Shown here: positions 37,398-47,873 of the stretch, in pieces
Position numbering within the stretch: position 1 is the stretch's first letter
Layout of the letters: the number at the start of each line of letters is the position of its first letter
Assembly (NCBI GenBank): GCA_019057375.1
Contig: DXJF01000057.1
Coordinates: 1-52,317, forward strand
Reading direction: 5' to 3'
DNA: 52,317 bases
Source: Candidatus Heimdallarchaeota archaeon
GTDB lineage: Archaea > Asgardarchaeota > Heimdallarchaeia > Heimdallarchaeales > Heimdallarchaeaceae
The notes under the pieces: model-generated
The model's input: the letters and a program-made list of their open reading frames with translations, nothing else
Database searches by the model: none
Told to the model about the DNA's origin: nothing
Made by a program: the position numbers and the translations under genes

Positions 37398-38846
37398 ATG
37401 CCTTCAAGTTCTTATGATTTAGCGGAAAAAGCAATTGAAGAAGGAGAAAAACTAGGTGCTCAGTATATTGAAGCAAGATATGTTAACTCTAGGATGAACA
37501 CTAGTATTCTCAAGAATGGTGTTCCTGAATTAGGAGCAATAGCAAGAAATAATGGAATAGGAATTAGGGTCTTAAAAGATGGGGGAGTAGGTTTTGCTAG
37601 CTTCAATGAAATGACTAAGGAAGAAATGAGTATAGCTGTAGCTTTTGCTACAAAAATGGCTGAAGCTACTGGTAGAAGAAGATCTAAAAAGATAGTTTTT
37701 AGTGATGAAAAAATCCATGAAGTCAAATTTGAAGCTGTTGGAGAAAGTGGAAAAAGACCTTTTGAAGTCGATCCAGAAGCCAAAATTAATAGATTAATGG
37801 GAATGGATAAGTTACTCGCAGAGCTTAAGACAAATGCGGTTATTCCTTTCAGATTCTTCCAAATGCTAGATGAAACGGAAAAGAAATATATTATTACAAA
37901 TGAAGGAGCGAAGATTGAAAGCGAAATAGACAGATTACAATTGTTTGGTATAATTGTTGCTGTTAATCAAACTACTGGTTCAAAGGAGCAAATAATGATT
38001 CAGAAGGGTAAGACTGGAGGATTAGAATCCTTGGATTATTGGAAAATAGAAGACTTCGTTACAAAAGAAACAACTAAATTAAGCAAAATTGTAACTGAAT
38101 CAAAGGAATCACCTACAGGAGTAATAGACTATGTGGTAGGTCCGAATGTTATCGGCATTATGTGTCATGAAAACACTGGACATCCCACTGAAGGTGACCG
38201 AATTCTGGGGAGAGAAGGAGCTCAAGCTGGTGAAAGCTATCTAAAAGAGAATATGATTGGTCAGCAAATAGGCTCTGAGCATGTTACGATTATAGATGAT
38301 CCAACCTTAGAAGGATCTTATGGATATTACTTGTACGATGATGAGGGTGTGAAAGCAGGTCCAAGATATCTACATAACAAGGGTGTTTTTGAAGAAATGC
38401 TTCATAACAGAGAAAGTGCTGCATGGATGGGAACAAAAAGCACTGCAGCTGCGAGAGCAATTGGCTTCAACAGGGAACCAATACCAAGAATGGCCAATAC
38501 ATACTTAGCTCCAGGTACATTTGAATATGAAGAACTGTTTGAAGATATTAAACTTGGAGTTTTTATGAACAATTTCACTGAATGGAATATTGATGACCGT
38601 AGATATCAGTCTAAATATGTTGGTCTAGAAGCTTATCTCATAGAAAATGGAGAAATCAAACATATGGTTCGAAGACCAGTAATAGAAACTACTACTCCAA
38701 AATTATGGGGATCAGTTGATGCAGTTGCAAAAGAGAAGTATCTAGAATTTGATGCTGCTACTTGTGGAAAAGGCGATCCGATGCAAGGGGCTCCTGTTTA
38801 TCATGGAGGATCCTTTATGCGTATAAGGAATGTTGAGGTTAGGTGA
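37398..38846 (+). CDS. tldD: TldD metalloprotease subunit
   Basis: HENTGHPTEGDR zinc motif, DDEG, PRMANT and CGKG.P.Q motifs. Confidence 0.9.
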   Translation: MPSSSYDLAEKAIEEGEKLGAQYIEARYVNSRMNTSILKNGVPELGAIARNNGIGIRVLKDGGVGFASFNEMTKEEMSIAVAFATKMAEATGRRRSKKIVFSDEKIHEVKFEAVGESGKRPFEVDPEAKINRLMGMDKLLAELKTNAVIPFRFFQMLDETEKKYIITNEGAKIESEIDRLQLFGIIVAVNQTTGSKEQIMIQKGKTGGLESLDYWKIEDFVTKETTKLSKIVTESKESPTGVIDYVVGPNVIGIMCHENTGHPTEGDRILGREGAQAGESYLKENMIGQQIGSEHVTIIDDPTLEGSYGYYLYDDEGVKAGPRYLHNKGVFEEMLHNRESAAWMGTKSTAAARAIGFNREPIPRMANTYLAPGTFEYEELFEDIKLGVFMNNFTEWNIDDRRYQSKYVGLEAYLIENGEIKHMVRRPVIETTTPKLWGSVDAVAKEKYLEFDAATCGKGDPMQGAPVYHGGSFMRIRNVEVR

Positions 38847-40204
38847 TGATTATGGGAAATAAAATAGATATTGAAAATATTCTAGACTTATCAGCGAATA
38901 AACTCAATTCACTAGAATTTGATGATTTTACAATAACTGCTATTAGAGGAAACAGATCACAATTGCGATTTGCAGATAGCCAGATAACAATAGCTAAAAA
39001 TTGGGCTTCTCTAGAACTGGGTGTTTTTGCCGCTAAAGACTCCAAAACAGTTGCTATAGAAATACAAGATCTCTCAGAGAATTCGATTATTTCAGCTCTT
39101 GAATCTTTAGAAAAACTTGCTAAATCATTACCTCCAAATCAAAATTATTTTGGAATTTCTGATGGTCCTTTCAGTTATCCTGCAATAGAATATTTAGCTG
39201 ATACTGACTTTGTCGAATTTCATGATCAATCTATTGATCAGGTACAAGGAGCTATAAATGCTGCTGAAGCTGAAGGTGCGAAGAGATCAGCTGGAGTTTT
39301 AGCTTGGGAAGTTAAAGAAGAACATCTTCTATCTTCGAAAGGAGCTAGCGTCTCTGAAAACTCTACAAGTTATGAATTTAGTATAAGATCCTTCATTGAT
39401 GAAACTAGCTCTGGAGCAGATGTAGAAGTAGGAAGACTATTTTCTAAAGTTGATTTTGAAAGAGCTGGATCAAGGGCAGGAGAAATCGCTAAAATGGCAA
39501 TTGGAGGAACTAATGGGGATCCTGGGAAGTATAATATTCTACTAGAACCCAGAGTTGCAGCTGATGTTGTAGCAGCTACTCCTGGAGCAGCAAATCCATT
39601 TATGGTTGATATAGGAATGTCATGGTTAAAAGATAAAATAGGGGAACCAATTGGTCCAGAATTAGTATCTGTTTATGACGATGCACTGCTTCCAAATGGA
39701 TTAGGTTCTAAATCATTCGATGATGAAGGTCATCCAACAGGTAGAAATGTTATTGTTGAGAAGGGTATTCTAAAAGGATTTATCCACAATACTTCAACCG
39801 CTAAAAAAGCAGGAACAACAAGTACTGGAAACGCAGGTTTAGTTTTACCTCAAAACTCCAATGTTTTCTTTGAACCTGGGGAGCATACTTTTGAGGAATT
39901 ATTAGAACTAACCAAAGGAAAACCAGCATTATATATTACTAATAACTGGTATACAAGATTTACTAGCTATGCAGACGGTATATTCTCCTCCATTCCCCGA
40001 GATGGTATGTTTATCATAGAAAATGGAGAGATTTCTAAACCGGTGAGAGAATTACGAATTAGCGATACCATGGGTAATGTTTTCAAAAATGTTACAGCTT
40101 TAGGTAAAGAAATCAAACAAATTAAAAGCTGGGAAGTTAATGTACCAACATTTATTCCGCATGTTCTAATTGAAGATATAAATATCTCAGCGGCAACAAA
40201 ATAG
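38843..40204 (+). CDS. pmbA: TldE/PmbA partner subunit
   Basis: FDDEG.PT and STGNAG motifs, no HExxH; immediately follows tldD. Confidence 0.88.
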   Translation: MMIMGNKIDIENILDLSANKLNSLEFDDFTITAIRGNRSQLRFADSQITIAKNWASLELGVFAAKDSKTVAIEIQDLSENSIISALESLEKLAKSLPPNQNYFGISDGPFSYPAIEYLADTDFVEFHDQSIDQVQGAINAAEAEGAKRSAGVLAWEVKEEHLLSSKGASVSENSTSYEFSIRSFIDETSSGADVEVGRLFSKVDFERAGSRAGEIAKMAIGGTNGDPGKYNILLEPRVAADVVAATPGAANPFMVDIGMSWLKDKIGEPIGPELVSVYDDALLPNGLGSKSFDDEGHPTGRNVIVEKGILKGFIHNTSTAKKAGTTSTGNAGLVLPQNSNVFFEPGEHTFEELLELTKGKPALYITNNWYTRFTSYADGIFSSIPRDGMFIIENGEISKPVRELRISDTMGNVFKNVTALGKEIKQIKSWEVNVPTFIPHVLIEDINISAATK

Positions 40205-40352
40205 TTGTTGCTTTGTTATTTTTTAGTCTATACACCAACAATTTCATTAGAACAAAAAGGAATAGATTCTTCAGCTAGAAGAAATAAACAAAATCTTTCA
40301 AAATATATACCAATCAAATTAAAGATTAAAAAGAGTGAGAGAAGAGATATTT

Positions 40353-40547
40353 ATGCCCTCAAGAAAGAGAAAAAAAATTCAGATCGGTGCAAAAGTTTCA
40401 ATTGTTGAGAAACATAATCAACGAACTGGAAAATTGACCAAAGGCGTAGTAAAAACTATTCTCACCAAATCGGGTAGTCATCCCCATGGAATCAAGGTAA
40501 GACTGGAGACTGGGAAGGTAGGTAGAGTTATATCAATACTAGAATAA
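40353..40547 (+). CDS. YwbE family small protein
   Basis: QRTGKLTKGVVKTILTKSGSHPHGIKVRLETGKVGRV signature. Confidence 0.85.
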   Translation: MPSRKRKKIQIGAKVSIVEKHNQRTGKLTKGVVKTILTKSGSHPHGIKVRLETGKVGRVISILE

Positions 40548-40552
40548 TTTCT

Positions 40553-42409
40553 TCAAGTTTTTTTACTTCTTTTCTTTTTAAGCATAGTTTGACTCAAAAT
40601 AGATACAGAAATTAATGAGAAGAGAGTAATAATGAAAATTGTTCTATATCCTGTTTGTGTAGGTTGAAGGGTTCTACAACAACATGCTGCAAGACCTGCT
40701 TCTTTAATATATTGAGCAGCTATGTCAAAATCGCAAACATATGGATCAAGATTGCTATTATGCCCAACACAAGCTCTTGGTATGTACGAAACTGATGGAA
40801 CCCCTAATTCCCTCAAAAAATCAAATGTTATATTTTCTCTTGGAATTATATGACTGATAGCTTTTCGAATATACTTTGCTGCTGTAGGTGTTCCCAATGG
40901 CGTTAATTCTCCTGTTCCAATTACAGGATGTTTCATATTAATAGCTAATTCATAGGTAAAAGGAACGTCTATAAATTTTATATGATACGTTGGAGTAAAA
41001 TCATGAATCTGTTCTAGTAAGTACTCGGTGTATAAATTGTCCAAAATATCTATTTTACCATCTAAGAAATTAATAAAAGCATCCTCTGGATCTTCCATTT
41101 TGATAAAAGTCAAATTGCTAGACAGTTCACCTTCCAACCAGTATGGATTAGGGATTAAAAGAGTTTCATTATTATTTTTGTTTATGTATTCCAATTTGAA
41201 GGGTCCGCAAGACCTAACTAAAGCATCTGAAACATTTCCCGTAAAAGGCTGCTCATCAAAAAGGCTATACCCATAACTCGATATGAATGGTTCTAGATAA
41301 CTTTTATCAATAATACCATGAGAAAGGTAGCTTAAAGGATAATTAGAAATATCTTTGAAACAGAATTTAACCGTGGTGGAATCTTCAACTATTATAGATT
41401 CATTTGATGCAAACACTGTTGTTAAGAGATTATAATCTGTTGCTCCTACTTCAGGTGAAAGAAGCAACTCATAAGTGTATTTTACATCTTCTGCCAGTAC
41501 AGAGCTTCCATCACTAAACTTCGCTTCAGGATTAATTTCAACAGTTACATTGAATTTCCAATCAACAATTTCACTATAACTATAATTTGAAGCAAGGAAA
41601 GATTCCCAATATTTTGTCTCTTGTGCTCTTCTAAATAAGGAACCATAAACATTGTTTAACCATAGACCATCTTTTCCCTTATTTTCTGTAAAATAACTAT
41701 ATTCTTCGAAAGAAACAGGAAGAGAATAATTAAACCATCCATCACTTGAGCCATACCATTTATCAGCTCTAATTTCACTTGAATAGAAAAGGTTCTCATC
41801 AAATCCTGCAACGTCAAAGCTTAGAAAAACTAGCTCTCTTGGATTATAGATTGGAATTGAAGGAAGATCTTCATAAAGAATTTCCTGCAATTCATAACTG
41901 AATAAGGTTCGTTCATCTTGGTCAAAAGTTCTATAGTATTGTATAGCTTTTGTATCATATAATGGGTTTATGTACTGTGAGAAAAATATAGAGTCATATT
42001 TTTCTATATAACGATAGTCAAAAACTAGACCTGGTGGAGAATAATCTAACTCAAAAGGATGTTCATATGCAAATAAATCGAATCCTCCTTCTGCATAGGT
42101 TGGGATATAATCAAAATCAATTAGGGGATACTGACTAGTTCTGGGAAGTACATTACCCCAATGTGTAATATCATGAAATTCGACACCTATTCCTATTACT
42201 GGCAATTTATCTTGAATTATAATAGAGATCTCATTATTCATATCTTTTTCTTCAAAAATAGACATTAAATTTATTCTAAACACTACTTTACCAGGTATTA
42301 CAATACATTCACATGTTATATCTGATGATTCAATGAACAGAGAACTTGAAAAGAACATAATGATTATTGCTGCAGAAAAAAAGATTTTTCTTCTTTGCAT
42401 GTATACCAT
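40553..42409 (-). CDS. Family 5 (peptide/nickel) ABC substrate-binding protein with a C-terminal TM anchor
   Basis: KFSDG..V.AEDVKYT, GPFKL, NPYW and IRKAISH motifs; N-terminal signal; C-terminal TM plus KKKRSKK. Confidence 0.8.
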   Translation of the reverse strand: MVYMQRRKIFFSAAIIIMFFSSSLFIESSDITCECIVIPGKVVFRINLMSIFEEKDMNNEISIIIQDKLPVIGIGVEFHDITHWGNVLPRTSQYPLIDFDYIPTYAEGGFDLFAYEHPFELDYSPPGLVFDYRYIEKYDSIFFSQYINPLYDTKAIQYYRTFDQDERTLFSYELQEILYEDLPSIPIYNPRELVFLSFDVAGFDENLFYSSEIRADKWYGSSDGWFNYSLPVSFEEYSYFTENKGKDGLWLNNVYGSLFRRAQETKYWESFLASNYSYSEIVDWKFNVTVEINPEAKFSDGSSVLAEDVKYTYELLLSPEVGATDYNLLTTVFASNESIIVEDSTTVKFCFKDISNYPLSYLSHGIIDKSYLEPFISSYGYSLFDEQPFTGNVSDALVRSCGPFKLEYINKNNNETLLIPNPYWLEGELSSNLTFIKMEDPEDAFINFLDGKIDILDNLYTEYLLEQIHDFTPTYHIKFIDVPFTYELAINMKHPVIGTGELTPLGTPTAAKYIRKAISHIIPRENITFDFLRELGVPSVSYIPRACVGHNSNLDPYVCDFDIAAQYIKEAGLAACCCRTLQPTQTGYRTIFIITLFSLISVSILSQTMLKKKRSKKT

Positions 42410-42560
42410 CTTGAAAATACTTCTAAGCTATATTTAAACATATTCACAGCATTTTAATTATTAAAACAACTAGAGATTCCTATACTAGTTCAAATTATGG
42501 TTTCTGAAACATACTCTTCCAATTACAAAAATTCTTAAACAGCAAATTTTTAATCATTTT

Positions 42561-44345
42561 ATGCCTAAAGAAATCATAGCTTGGGATTTATCTGATCTTT
42601 ATTCAGATGTGAATGATTTTAAGATTAAAACTGATATGAAAGATATCGAAAAATTAGCTAAAGATTTTAATAAAATAGTTAAAGGAAATATCAATAATCC
42701 CAATCTTAAGCCAGAACAGTTAGAAGAATGGTTCAAAAAACATGAAGATATTCATGAAAAGAAATTCTATCTTTACTTGTTTTCGTATTTACTATATTCT
42801 ACTACTTCGCTTGATGATGAAGTCAAGAATCTTTATTCACAAGTACAAGAATATAGTTCAAGAATCAATGAACAAACTCTTTTCTTCCATCTTGAACTCA
42901 ACACAATACCTGAGGAGAAATATAAAGAACTTTTAGCATCCCCTGAATTAAAAAATTATAAACATGATCTAGAATTCAACAGAAAACAAAAACCACATCA
43001 GCTTTCTGAAAAGGCGGAACAGATAGTTCTGATGAAGAATATAACTGGAAAGAGTGGTTTCATAAAATTATACAATGAGATTGAATGTGGTTTCATTTAT
43101 GAATTTGAATATGAAGGGGAAACTAAAACTTACACAGGGTCAGAGCTTTTTGCTTTCATGTACAATAAGGATAAAGATGTTAGATACAGAGCACTAAAGA
43201 CTTTAGTTTCAGAATTTGAAAGAAATGAACTTACTTTTACTCATATTTACAATAATGTAATGAAAGATTGGGGTCTAGAAAATAAACGAAGAAATTATGC
43301 GAATCCAATTTCATTAAGGAATGTTGAGAATGAAGTTAGTGATAAAGCTGTAGAAACATTAGGAAAAGCTACTTCGGAAAGTAATCATATTGTAGAAAAA
43401 TACTACAATTTGAAGAAGAAGATTCTAGATATATCAGAATTAAAAATGTCAGACTTGTATGCTCCTGTTGGTGAAGTAAATAAAAAATATACTTATGAAG
43501 AAGGGATCGAACTTGTAAAAACAGCTAATAAACAATTCAACCCTGAATTTGCCACAATTGTTGATGAAGTATACAAGAGGAAACACATAGATGTTACTCC
43601 AAGGAAAGGTAAACAAGGAGGAGCTTTTTGTAGTTATGGAAAGCAAATGAAATATCCGTTCGTATTCGTCAATTTCACTAACGATATAGAGTCTGTCTTA
43701 ACATTAGCACATGAATTAGGACACGCTATACACCATTATTACATTCAACAAACTCAAACATTTACAAACGTAGATTCTTCTCTTACCGTGGCTGAAATAG
43801 CATCTGTTTTCAATGAAATGATTGCTTTCGATTATCTCATGAAACTTGATCTGTCAAAAGAAGATAGAATCTCCTTATTGGCTAATCACATTGAAGGTAA
43901 TTTTTCAACTTCTCATAGACAGAATGCTTTCTATCATTTTGAAAGTAGGATTCATGAATTAATGAAAGAAAAATTACCTACTGGCACTGATTACAAAGAA
44001 ATCTTTGTTGAAGAAATGCAAAAGATGTTTGGAAATTCTATGACAAATATAAAAGAAGATTATGCAAGTTACTGGAGTGTAGTAAGTCATTTCATTCATG
44101 TACCTTTCTATGTCTATGCTTACAACATGTCTAATCTTCTAGTTATAGCCCTCTATCAAATGTATTTAGAAGAGGGAGAAGAATTCGTCCCCAAGTTTAC
44201 TAAACTTCTATCTGTTGGATGTTCTAAAACACCAGCTGAAATGCTTGGAGAAGTGGGTATAGATTTAGATGATCCCAACTTCTGGAATAAAGGAATTAGC
44301 TATTTGAGTTCTAAAGTCGATGAACTTGAAGAGTTACTATCTTAA
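42561..44345 (+). CDS. pepF: Oligoendopeptidase F (M3B)
   Basis: WDLSDLY, RKGKQGGAFC, TLAHELGHAIH, AEIAS.FNE, HF...FYVYAY motifs. Confidence 0.92.
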   Translation: MPKEIIAWDLSDLYSDVNDFKIKTDMKDIEKLAKDFNKIVKGNINNPNLKPEQLEEWFKKHEDIHEKKFYLYLFSYLLYSTTSLDDEVKNLYSQVQEYSSRINEQTLFFHLELNTIPEEKYKELLASPELKNYKHDLEFNRKQKPHQLSEKAEQIVLMKNITGKSGFIKLYNEIECGFIYEFEYEGETKTYTGSELFAFMYNKDKDVRYRALKTLVSEFERNELTFTHIYNNVMKDWGLENKRRNYANPISLRNVENEVSDKAVETLGKATSESNHIVEKYYNLKKKILDISELKMSDLYAPVGEVNKKYTYEEGIELVKTANKQFNPEFATIVDEVYKRKHIDVTPRKGKQGGAFCSYGKQMKYPFVFVNFTNDIESVLTLAHELGHAIHHYYIQQTQTFTNVDSSLTVAEIASVFNEMIAFDYLMKLDLSKEDRISLLANHIEGNFSTSHRQNAFYHFESRIHELMKEKLPTGTDYKEIFVEEMQKMFGNSMTNIKEDYASYWSVVSHFIHVPFYVYAYNMSNLLVIALYQMYLEEGEEFVPKFTKLLSVGCSKTPAEMLGEVGIDLDDPNFWNKGISYLSSKVDELEELLS

Positions 44346-44403
44346 TTCTCTTTTTTCATTTTTTCAACACAAATTTGAAATAATCATAAGAATTAAACCA
44401 ACT

Positions 44404-45057
44404 ATGAAATTGGCTGATTTTCACACTCATACACTTCTTTCTGATGGAGCATTAATGCCAGCTGAACTTCTTAGAAGATTAATTGTAAGAGGTCTGGCAG
44501 CAGTCGCTATTACTGATCATGTAGATTCGTCTAATATTGATCACGTATTGAATAGTCTAGATAAAATCAGATATGATTTTGAAGAATACATCACCTTCCT
44601 TCCAGGTGTAGAAATTACTCATGTTCTCCCTTCTCAAATATCAGAATTGGCAAAAAAAGCAAAACAGAGAAATTTCTTGGTAGTAGTTCATGGTGAAACT
44701 ATTGTAGAACCAGTTATTGAGGGAACTAACAGAGCAGCGTTAAAATGCTCTGATGTTGATATTTTAGCTCATCCTGGAATATTGACATTTAAAGATGCTC
44801 AGCTAGCAAAAGATAACGAAGTATTTTTGGAGATAACTACAAGAGGAGGACACTCCCTTGGAAATGGATTAATTGCTGATTTAGCTATGAAAGCTGGTGC
44901 AAAACTCATTTTGAACACAGACGCTCATCAACCTAGAGATTTCATAAGTGAAAGTTTGCGGGAAAAAACAGCTCTAGGAGTAGGAATTCCCAGAAGCATG
45001 CTTGCGGAAGTGTTTGTGAAAAATCCAGAAGAAATAATTAAAAGAATAATAAAGTGA
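44404..45057 (+). CDS. PHP family phosphoesterase (histidinol-phosphatase-domain type)
   Basis: DFHTHT..SDG, ITDH, GVEITH, HGET, LAHPG and NTDAH motifs; ATG at 44404. Confidence 0.88.
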   Translation: MKLADFHTHTLLSDGALMPAELLRRLIVRGLAAVAITDHVDSSNIDHVLNSLDKIRYDFEEYITFLPGVEITHVLPSQISELAKKAKQRNFLVVVHGETIVEPVIEGTNRAALKCSDVDILAHPGILTFKDAQLAKDNEVFLEITTRGGHSLGNGLIADLAMKAGAKLILNTDAHQPRDFISESLREKTALGVGIPRSMLAEVFVKNPEEIIKRIIK

Positions 45058-45066
45058 GGGGAACTG

Positions 45067-45606
45067 ATGTCAGAGAAATTTAAGCTAGGAGAAAAATCTA
45101 TTGTTGCAAGACATAGAAAGAGAACTAAAAGTTTTCATAGATTCAATAAAATAATGAATGGAATTGTTATATTCCTGTATCGAATTTACCTTCTCCCTTT
45201 ATTTGGAATAGGTAAAAAAATAGTTCTAATTCATACAAGAGGAAGAAAAACAGGAAAAAGGAGAACTACTCCAGTTTTAGCACTTAAATTCTATACAGAT
45301 AAACTTACTTTCTATATTGCTAGAGGTAAAAAAGCTCATTGGTTAAAAAACATTCTAGCAGCAGAAGATCAAGCATTTAAGATACAAAAGGGTTTCAAAA
45401 GAATGAGAGTTAAAGGAACTCTAGTTACAGATAGTGATGAGAAATTTAAACATCTGAAATTTTACTTCGAAGAACTTGAAGAAGCTAGATTCATTTTTGG
45501 ATATGAAAAGGAAAAACACGGAGATGTTTTTGAAACAAAAGAATTTAGAGCAATCTTAAATATAATTGAATTCTTACAAATAGAACCAGTGGAGAAAGGA
45601 AAATAG
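45067..45606 (+). CDS. Deazaflavin (F420)-dependent nitroreductase family (DDN-like) protein
   Basis: LIHTRGRKTGKRRTTPV and W.KNI split-barrel motifs. Confidence 0.7.
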   Translation: MSEKFKLGEKSIVARHRKRTKSFHRFNKIMNGIVIFLYRIYLLPLFGIGKKIVLIHTRGRKTGKRRTTPVLALKFYTDKLTFYIARGKKAHWLKNILAAEDQAFKIQKGFKRMRVKGTLVTDSDEKFKHLKFYFEELEEARFIFGYEKEKHGDVFETKEFRAILNIIEFLQIEPVEKGK

Positions 45607-45611
45607 CGCAT

Positions 45612-46430
45612 CTAAACCAATTTTCTTGCTTCTTCTAAACACAATTTCATTACTTCGAATCCTGAGGAAATGAGTCTTCTAAGTGATTGTGAGTTAGTGA
45701 AATCTTCCATAAAAGTTATCCAACCTTCATAATAATAGTCTTTATAGCTTTCAGCGATCAGATAAAATTCTTGTTTCTCTAACTCTTTAGCTATCATTGT
45801 TCTATTTAGCTCCCAAAGATCAAGAGGTTTATCATGGTTTTGACTTAGTAATCTTATAGGAGCTGGAGAGATTCTCCAATTCATTCTTCTTACCATTATC
45901 CAAAGATCTAATCCTGTTCTGTCGATCATTGACATGGATAGTGTAGGTAAGAATTCTTCTAAATCTAGTAAGCTTTGTAAGTCAACTTTCTTGATTATTT
46001 CATCAGAAGGATTTTCTATTAAAACAGGTTTTCCAAAGAGAGGAGTTATTTCATCCTCTCTAGGATGAATGAAATCAGGTACATCTATAATTTTATTCAG
46101 TTTAACAATCTGAGTTCTTGGTATATGGAAGTACTTTGGATTCTTCTCAATATATCTTGTTTCGTACATTTCTGAAAGATTTACTGATTCATAAAATGAA
46201 GATTCATCTCCAAAGAAATTCGAATAATCTCTAGCTTTGATGTGAATATCTACGTCACTTAAGATTGGTACATAATCGATAAAACTCTCCCATTCTTTTA
46301 TAGCAGAACCCTTACTGTATGCATATTCTATCGTTTCTGAATAGTTTTCAGCAAAGAGATTCTTCCAAATATCCAAACAAAGCTCTACTTCTTTTCTGGC
46401 TTGCTTCATATATTCAGAATACTCACTCAT
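45612..46430 (-). CDS. Hypothetical protein with a Pol-beta-superfamily nucleotidyltransferase motif
   Basis: YSKGSA...SDVDIHI (GS...DxD). Confidence 0.6.
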   Translation of the reverse strand: MSEYSEYMKQARKEVELCLDIWKNLFAENYSETIEYAYSKGSAIKEWESFIDYVPILSDVDIHIKARDYSNFFGDESSFYESVNLSEMYETRYIEKNPKYFHIPRTQIVKLNKIIDVPDFIHPREDEITPLFGKPVLIENPSDEIIKKVDLQSLLDLEEFLPTLSMSMIDRTGLDLWIMVRRMNWRISPAPIRLLSQNHDKPLDLWELNRTMIAKELEKQEFYLIAESYKDYYYEGWITFMEDFTNSQSLRRLISSGFEVMKLCLEEARKLV

Positions 46431-46549
46431 CAGCTCTTATTTACTTTCCACTCTTATATCTTATTCGGAAATTAACCTTTTTAGAGATAAAAACATCTTT
46501 TTAAATGTTTAAATAATATTTTCCCTAATAATAAATAAGGTAAATTATT

Positions 46550-47863
46550 ATGAGCTCTGAAAAAGAGAAAGGCGATGAGTTTTTTTCACAATTCAAATTT
46601 CTAGATGCTTATCGTTGGTATCTCAAAGCTCGAGATGTACTTTATTTGTCTGGTAAGGAAGATCAACTTAGAGATGTTGAAATAAAAATTGCTAGATGCT
46701 GTGCTCTTTTAGGATCTAAGGCTGAATCTATTGACATTTTAGAAGAGCTAGCTGAACAAACTAAAGAGAGAATCTTAATTGAAGAGTATTATTTAGTGAT
46801 ATTAGAACTAGCAGCTACTCTATTTGCTTATGGTGATTATGAAAGAGGAAAAACATGGTTGGAAGAATTAGAAGAAGAACAAATATCTGAAGAAAATCCT
46901 CAAATCTTCTTTAGGTTTTGGCAAACGAAAGCCCAACTTAAAATCGTTTATCATCAGTTAGAAGATGCGAGAGAAATTGTTCATTTCTTAAAGAAAAAAG
47001 CAAAAGATTTGGGTAATGAGCCTTATTTCTATGAACTTCAAGTTTTGGAGGCTCAGATAGATGCAGAGGAAGGAGATGTTCTGAAAGCATACTCAAGTGT
47101 AGATGAAGCATTCAAATATTTCCAAGATTCCCCTTTTGAGAGATCAGCTTTTGAAAAGAAGATAATATTATCACAATTTGTTTCTGAACCAGAAGAGACT
47201 ATTGATTTGATGGATGAATATTTGGAACGTTATCAACCTGATGATTTTCATCCATTAATCTTTAATACACAAAGAGTTGAACTGGAACTTCGTTCAGAGA
47301 GAATCACTCCAGAAGAAGCAGTTGAAAAAGGTGAAAGGTTAATACTGACTGCAGAAAGTATTGAACATTTAGAATTAACTGCAAAAATCAAAAGACTAAT
47401 GGCAGGATTGTATCAATCTACAGGAAATCCATCGGATTCTTACAAATCCTTCGAAAAAGCAAAACAATATTTCTTAGACCAGAATTTAGAATATGAGGAA
47501 GCTGTAACTATTTTCATCTATTTACCAGCATTACTACAGTTTCATTCTGCGAGATTATTAGGACTAACTGGGTATCTAGGAGGTCCAAGAGGGAAAGGTT
47601 CTTCTCAGCTAGAACAGATGGATATACCTACAGAAATTGATAGAATTATAGATATTTTCGAGAGATATGATGATAAAATAAGAGCTAAAATGGCTCAATT
47701 TTTCCAATTATCTTATAAGATTTCATCAATAGGTATAAGCTCTGATCTGAAAAGTTCACTAAGCGAAATAAGTGATATCTATCAATGGATGTTGGATAAA
47801 GGAGAACTTCATTATTCTGAAATGATTGGTCAATTCCTTGAGCTTGTAAAACAATTTCGATAA
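46550..47863 (+). CDS. TPR-like alpha-solenoid protein
   Basis: Repeating amphipathic helices with TPR-like A/G/Y spacing, e.g. LAATLFAYGDYERGKTWLEE and MAGLYQSTGNPSDSYKSFEKA. Confidence 0.65.
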   Translation: MSSEKEKGDEFFSQFKFLDAYRWYLKARDVLYLSGKEDQLRDVEIKIARCCALLGSKAESIDILEELAEQTKERILIEEYYLVILELAATLFAYGDYERGKTWLEELEEEQISEENPQIFFRFWQTKAQLKIVYHQLEDAREIVHFLKKKAKDLGNEPYFYELQVLEAQIDAEEGDVLKAYSSVDEAFKYFQDSPFERSAFEKKIILSQFVSEPEETIDLMDEYLERYQPDDFHPLIFNTQRVELELRSERITPEEAVEKGERLILTAESIEHLELTAKIKRLMAGLYQSTGNPSDSYKSFEKAKQYFLDQNLEYEEAVTIFIYLPALLQFHSARLLGLTGYLGGPRGKGSSQLEQMDIPTEIDRIIDIFERYDDKIRAKMAQFFQLSYKISSIGISSDLKSSLSEISDIYQWMLDKGELHYSEMIGQFLELVKQFR

Positions 47864-47873
47864 GTGTTGAAAA

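Noticed and set aside
16845-40204. Idea that the rSAM/SPASM enzyme, TldD/PmbA and the ABC system form one RiPP cluster
   Set aside because: They are 5-20 kb apart with unrelated genes between them, and no convincing precursor peptide was found.
40205-40408. 67-aa ORF between pmbA and the YwbE gene
   Set aside because: TTG start, no motif, and it overlaps the well-supported YwbE ORF in another frame.
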